Shown piece by piece: positions 36,644 through 38,293 of a DNA stretch of 38,293 bases. Position 1 is the first letter of the stretch. Each line of letters begins with the position of its first letter. This DNA comes from Myxococcota bacterium (GTDB taxonomy: Bacteria > Myxococcota_A > UBA9042 > DTJE01). The translations under genes were made by a program, and so were the position numbers. The stretch covers positions 1 to 38,293 of the forward strand of contig JAGOFO010000005.1 in NCBI GenBank assembly GCA_017997155.1, given 5' to 3'. The notes beneath the pieces are model-generated. The model was not told where the DNA came from and searched no databases. It worked only from the letters and a program-made list of their open reading frames with translations.

Positions 36644-37996
36644 TCAGTTGTCGATCTTACGGTAGATGGTGCGGGTGGCGATACCGAGAAGCTGGGCCGC
36701 GAGTCGTTTGTTGTTCTGCGTGATGCGGAGAGTCTGTTGAATGACCTGCTGTTCGATTTCTTCAAGGGGCGTGCCGAGCTGGATCGTCAGATACTGCTTG
36801 ACGCTTGAGTCCGACGCGACAAGGTCGGGGAGATCCTCGGCGCGGATCGTGTCTCCGCGCGTCAGCACGACGGCGTGTTCGATGGTGTTCTCCAGTTCAC
36901 GGACGTTGCCCGGCCAGTCGTAGGCCATCATCAGATCAGTAGCTTCGCGGCTGATCGCCCTGATGTTTTTGCGGTTCTTTTCCGCGTACCTTGTAAGGAA
37001 GTGCTGGGCCAGCAAAGGAACGTCCTCGAGGCGCTCGCGCAGTGGTGGCAGCACGATCGAGATGACATTCAACCGGTAGTACAAATCCGCTCTGAAGGTG
37101 CCCGCGCCGACCATCTCCTTGAGGTTACGGTTCGTCGAGGCAACCAGTCTGACATTAACCTTCAGTGTCTGCGTTCCGCCCAGACGCTCGAATTCACCTT
37201 CCTGAAGCACTCGCAGCAGCTTGACCTGCATCAAGGGGTTCAGTTCGCCAATCTCGTCGAGCAGCAGCGTCCCGCCATCAGCCATCTTGAAGCGCCCCTC
37301 GCGTCGGGCGAAGGCACCTGTAAAGGCGCCGCGTTCATGGCCGAAAAGCTCGGACTCCAGAAGGGTGTCAGGGATGGCCGCGCAGTTGATTGCAACAAAG
37401 GGGCCGCTTGTTCTGTCGCTTCGGCGGTGGATTTCGCGCGCGACCAGTTCCTTTCCTGTTCCGGATTCGCCCAGAACCAGCACCGTGGTTGACGCCGGTG
37501 CAACCTGACCGACTGTCTCCATGACCTTGTGGATCGCGGCGCTGGTGCCGATCAGCTTGTGTTCGCCCGACATCGCCTCGATCTGGGCCCTGAGGGAGCG
37601 GTTTTCGGCCATCAGACCGGCCTTCTCGGCCGCGCGGGTGACGCTGCGCACGACAAGCGGGCGCTTCAACGGTTTTTGAACGAAGTCGTAGGCGCCTTCG
37701 CGCATCGCCTCAACAGCCTTTTCGATGGTGCCGAAGGCCGTCATGATCACTACTTCCACGTCCGGCCGGAAGGTCTTGACTGCCTTCAGGAGATCCATGC
37801 CGTCAAGCGCGCCCATGCGAAGGTCCGTCAGAACCACGTCGAACTCCTGCGAACGGAACACTTCCAGCGCGGATTCGGCGGAATCGGCGGCAACAACGTC
37901 GAAATTCTCGGTCTGAAAGATGTCGACCAGGCTGTTCAGGGCGCCCATCTCGTCGTCAACGATCAGCAGTCTCGGCCTGTGGGCGGGGGAAGGCAT
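36644..37996 (-). CDS. Sigma-54-dependent response regulator (NtrC family: REC + AAA+ + Fis-type HTH)
   Basis: The receiver has LLIVDDE and DVVLTDLRM. The AAA+ domain has GESGTGKELVAREIH and the GAFTGA loop (ELFGHERGAFTGA). The C-terminal HTH is NKRLAAQLLGIATRTIYRKI. Confidence 0.92.
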   Translation of the reverse strand: MPSPAHRPRLLIVDDEMGALNSLVDIFQTENFDVVAADSAESALEVFRSQEFDVVLTDLRMGALDGMDLLKAVKTFRPDVEVVIMTAFGTIEKAVEAMREGAYDFVQKPLKRPLVVRSVTRAAEKAGLMAENRSLRAQIEAMSGEHKLIGTSAAIHKVMETVGQVAPASTTVLVLGESGTGKELVAREIHRRSDRTSGPFVAINCAAIPDTLLESELFGHERGAFTGAFARREGRFKMADGGTLLLDEIGELNPLMQVKLLRVLQEGEFERLGGTQTLKVNVRLVASTNRNLKEMVGAGTFRADLYYRLNVISIVLPPLRERLEDVPLLAQHFLTRYAEKNRKNIRAISREATDLMMAYDWPGNVRELENTIEHAVVLTRGDTIRAEDLPDLVASDSSVKQYLTIQLGTPLEEIEQQVIQQTLRITQNNKRLAAQLLGIATRTIYRKIDN

Positions 37997-38031
37997 GTTT
38001 TCAATCCTGGGAATCAAAAAGGAATTGGCGG

Positions 38032-38106
38032 TGCGCCTGAGGTGATTCGAACACCTGACCCACGGATTAGGAATCCGTTGCTCTATCCTGACTGAGCTAC
38101 AGGCGC
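38032..38106 (-). tRNA. tRNA-Arg (anticodon CCT)
   Basis: Hand-folded cloverleaf on the minus strand. Acceptor stem GCGCCTG/CAGGCGC, D stem GCTC/GAGC, anticodon stem ACGGA/TCCGT with loop TTCCTAA (anticodon CCT), 5-nt variable loop, T stem AGGTG/CACCT with loop TTCGAAT, discriminator A. It is 75 nt and CCA is not encoded. Confidence 0.9.
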
Positions 38107-38293
38107 GTCACGGAAAGCGGAGCAAGGATACATGGATCGGGCATTCTCAGTCAAGCGCGCTGTTGCCTGAGTCATCCCCTCATAGTTGTCGAGTCACGGC
38201 CCTGCGGCTTGTACGGGCGGATGAGAATCCGCCCGCATCCGGATCGTCCGCACAGACTTTGGACGTAGTAGCGCCTGACCGGCGCGTCAGCGG

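Noticed and set aside
38213-38234. A strong hairpin (CGGGCGGAT-GAGA-ATCCGCCCG, 9-bp stem, GNRA loop) downstream of the tRNA region might be a terminator or an attachment-site feature.
   Set aside because: No U-tract follows it on either strand, and the window ends 59 nt later, so its context cannot be judged. tRNA-Arg genes can be integration hotspots, but no integrase or direct repeat of the tRNA 3' end is visible here.

Overview
GC-rich bacterial chromosomal window. Several Hanks-type Ser/Thr kinases, zinc-ribbon/FHA proteins, three tandem bactofilins, a PEGA domain and a sigma-54 enhancer-binding protein suggest a Myxococcota/deltaproteobacteria-like host (inference only). I call about 36 CDS, mostly housekeeping: RNase E/G (partial), GT2 glycosyltransferase, PdxB-like dehydrogenase, aminotransferase, acyl-CoA dehydrogenase, PhoH2, nitroreductase, FtsH, PyrE, XerC/D recombinase, SPFH/NfeD pair, Lon, DsbA-like protein, UvrB, adenosine deaminase, ElbB, gamma-carbonic-anhydrase-like protein and an NtrC-type regulator. 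There is also one tRNA-Arg(CCT). No CRISPR array, cas genes, transposase, phage genes or rRNA were seen. Many long ORFs in the track are antisense shadow ORFs typical of GC-rich DNA. The stand-out signal is non-genic: 28 perfect copies of the 12-mer GAAACCTGGGTT lie in five direct-repeat arrays (about 4.8, 19.4, 27.9, 31.0 and 35.3 kb). Copy-to-copy spacings fall only in the bands 22-23, 32-34, 45-46 and 56 bp, which are multiples of about 11.25 bp. The core never varies while the spacers differ between arrays. One array sits in frame inside a coding sequence. I do not recognise this as any described repeat family. I interpret it as a candidate recognition-site array system for an unknown sequence-specific DNA-binding factor, or alternatively a new repeat family. 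Secondary observations: a kinase/FHA/CYTH/DUF2723/recombinase gene string, a histidine-kinase dimerisation domain fused to a receiver with no ATPase domain, an aminopeptidase-USP fusion, and a large low-complexity insertion in the FtsH periplasmic domain.
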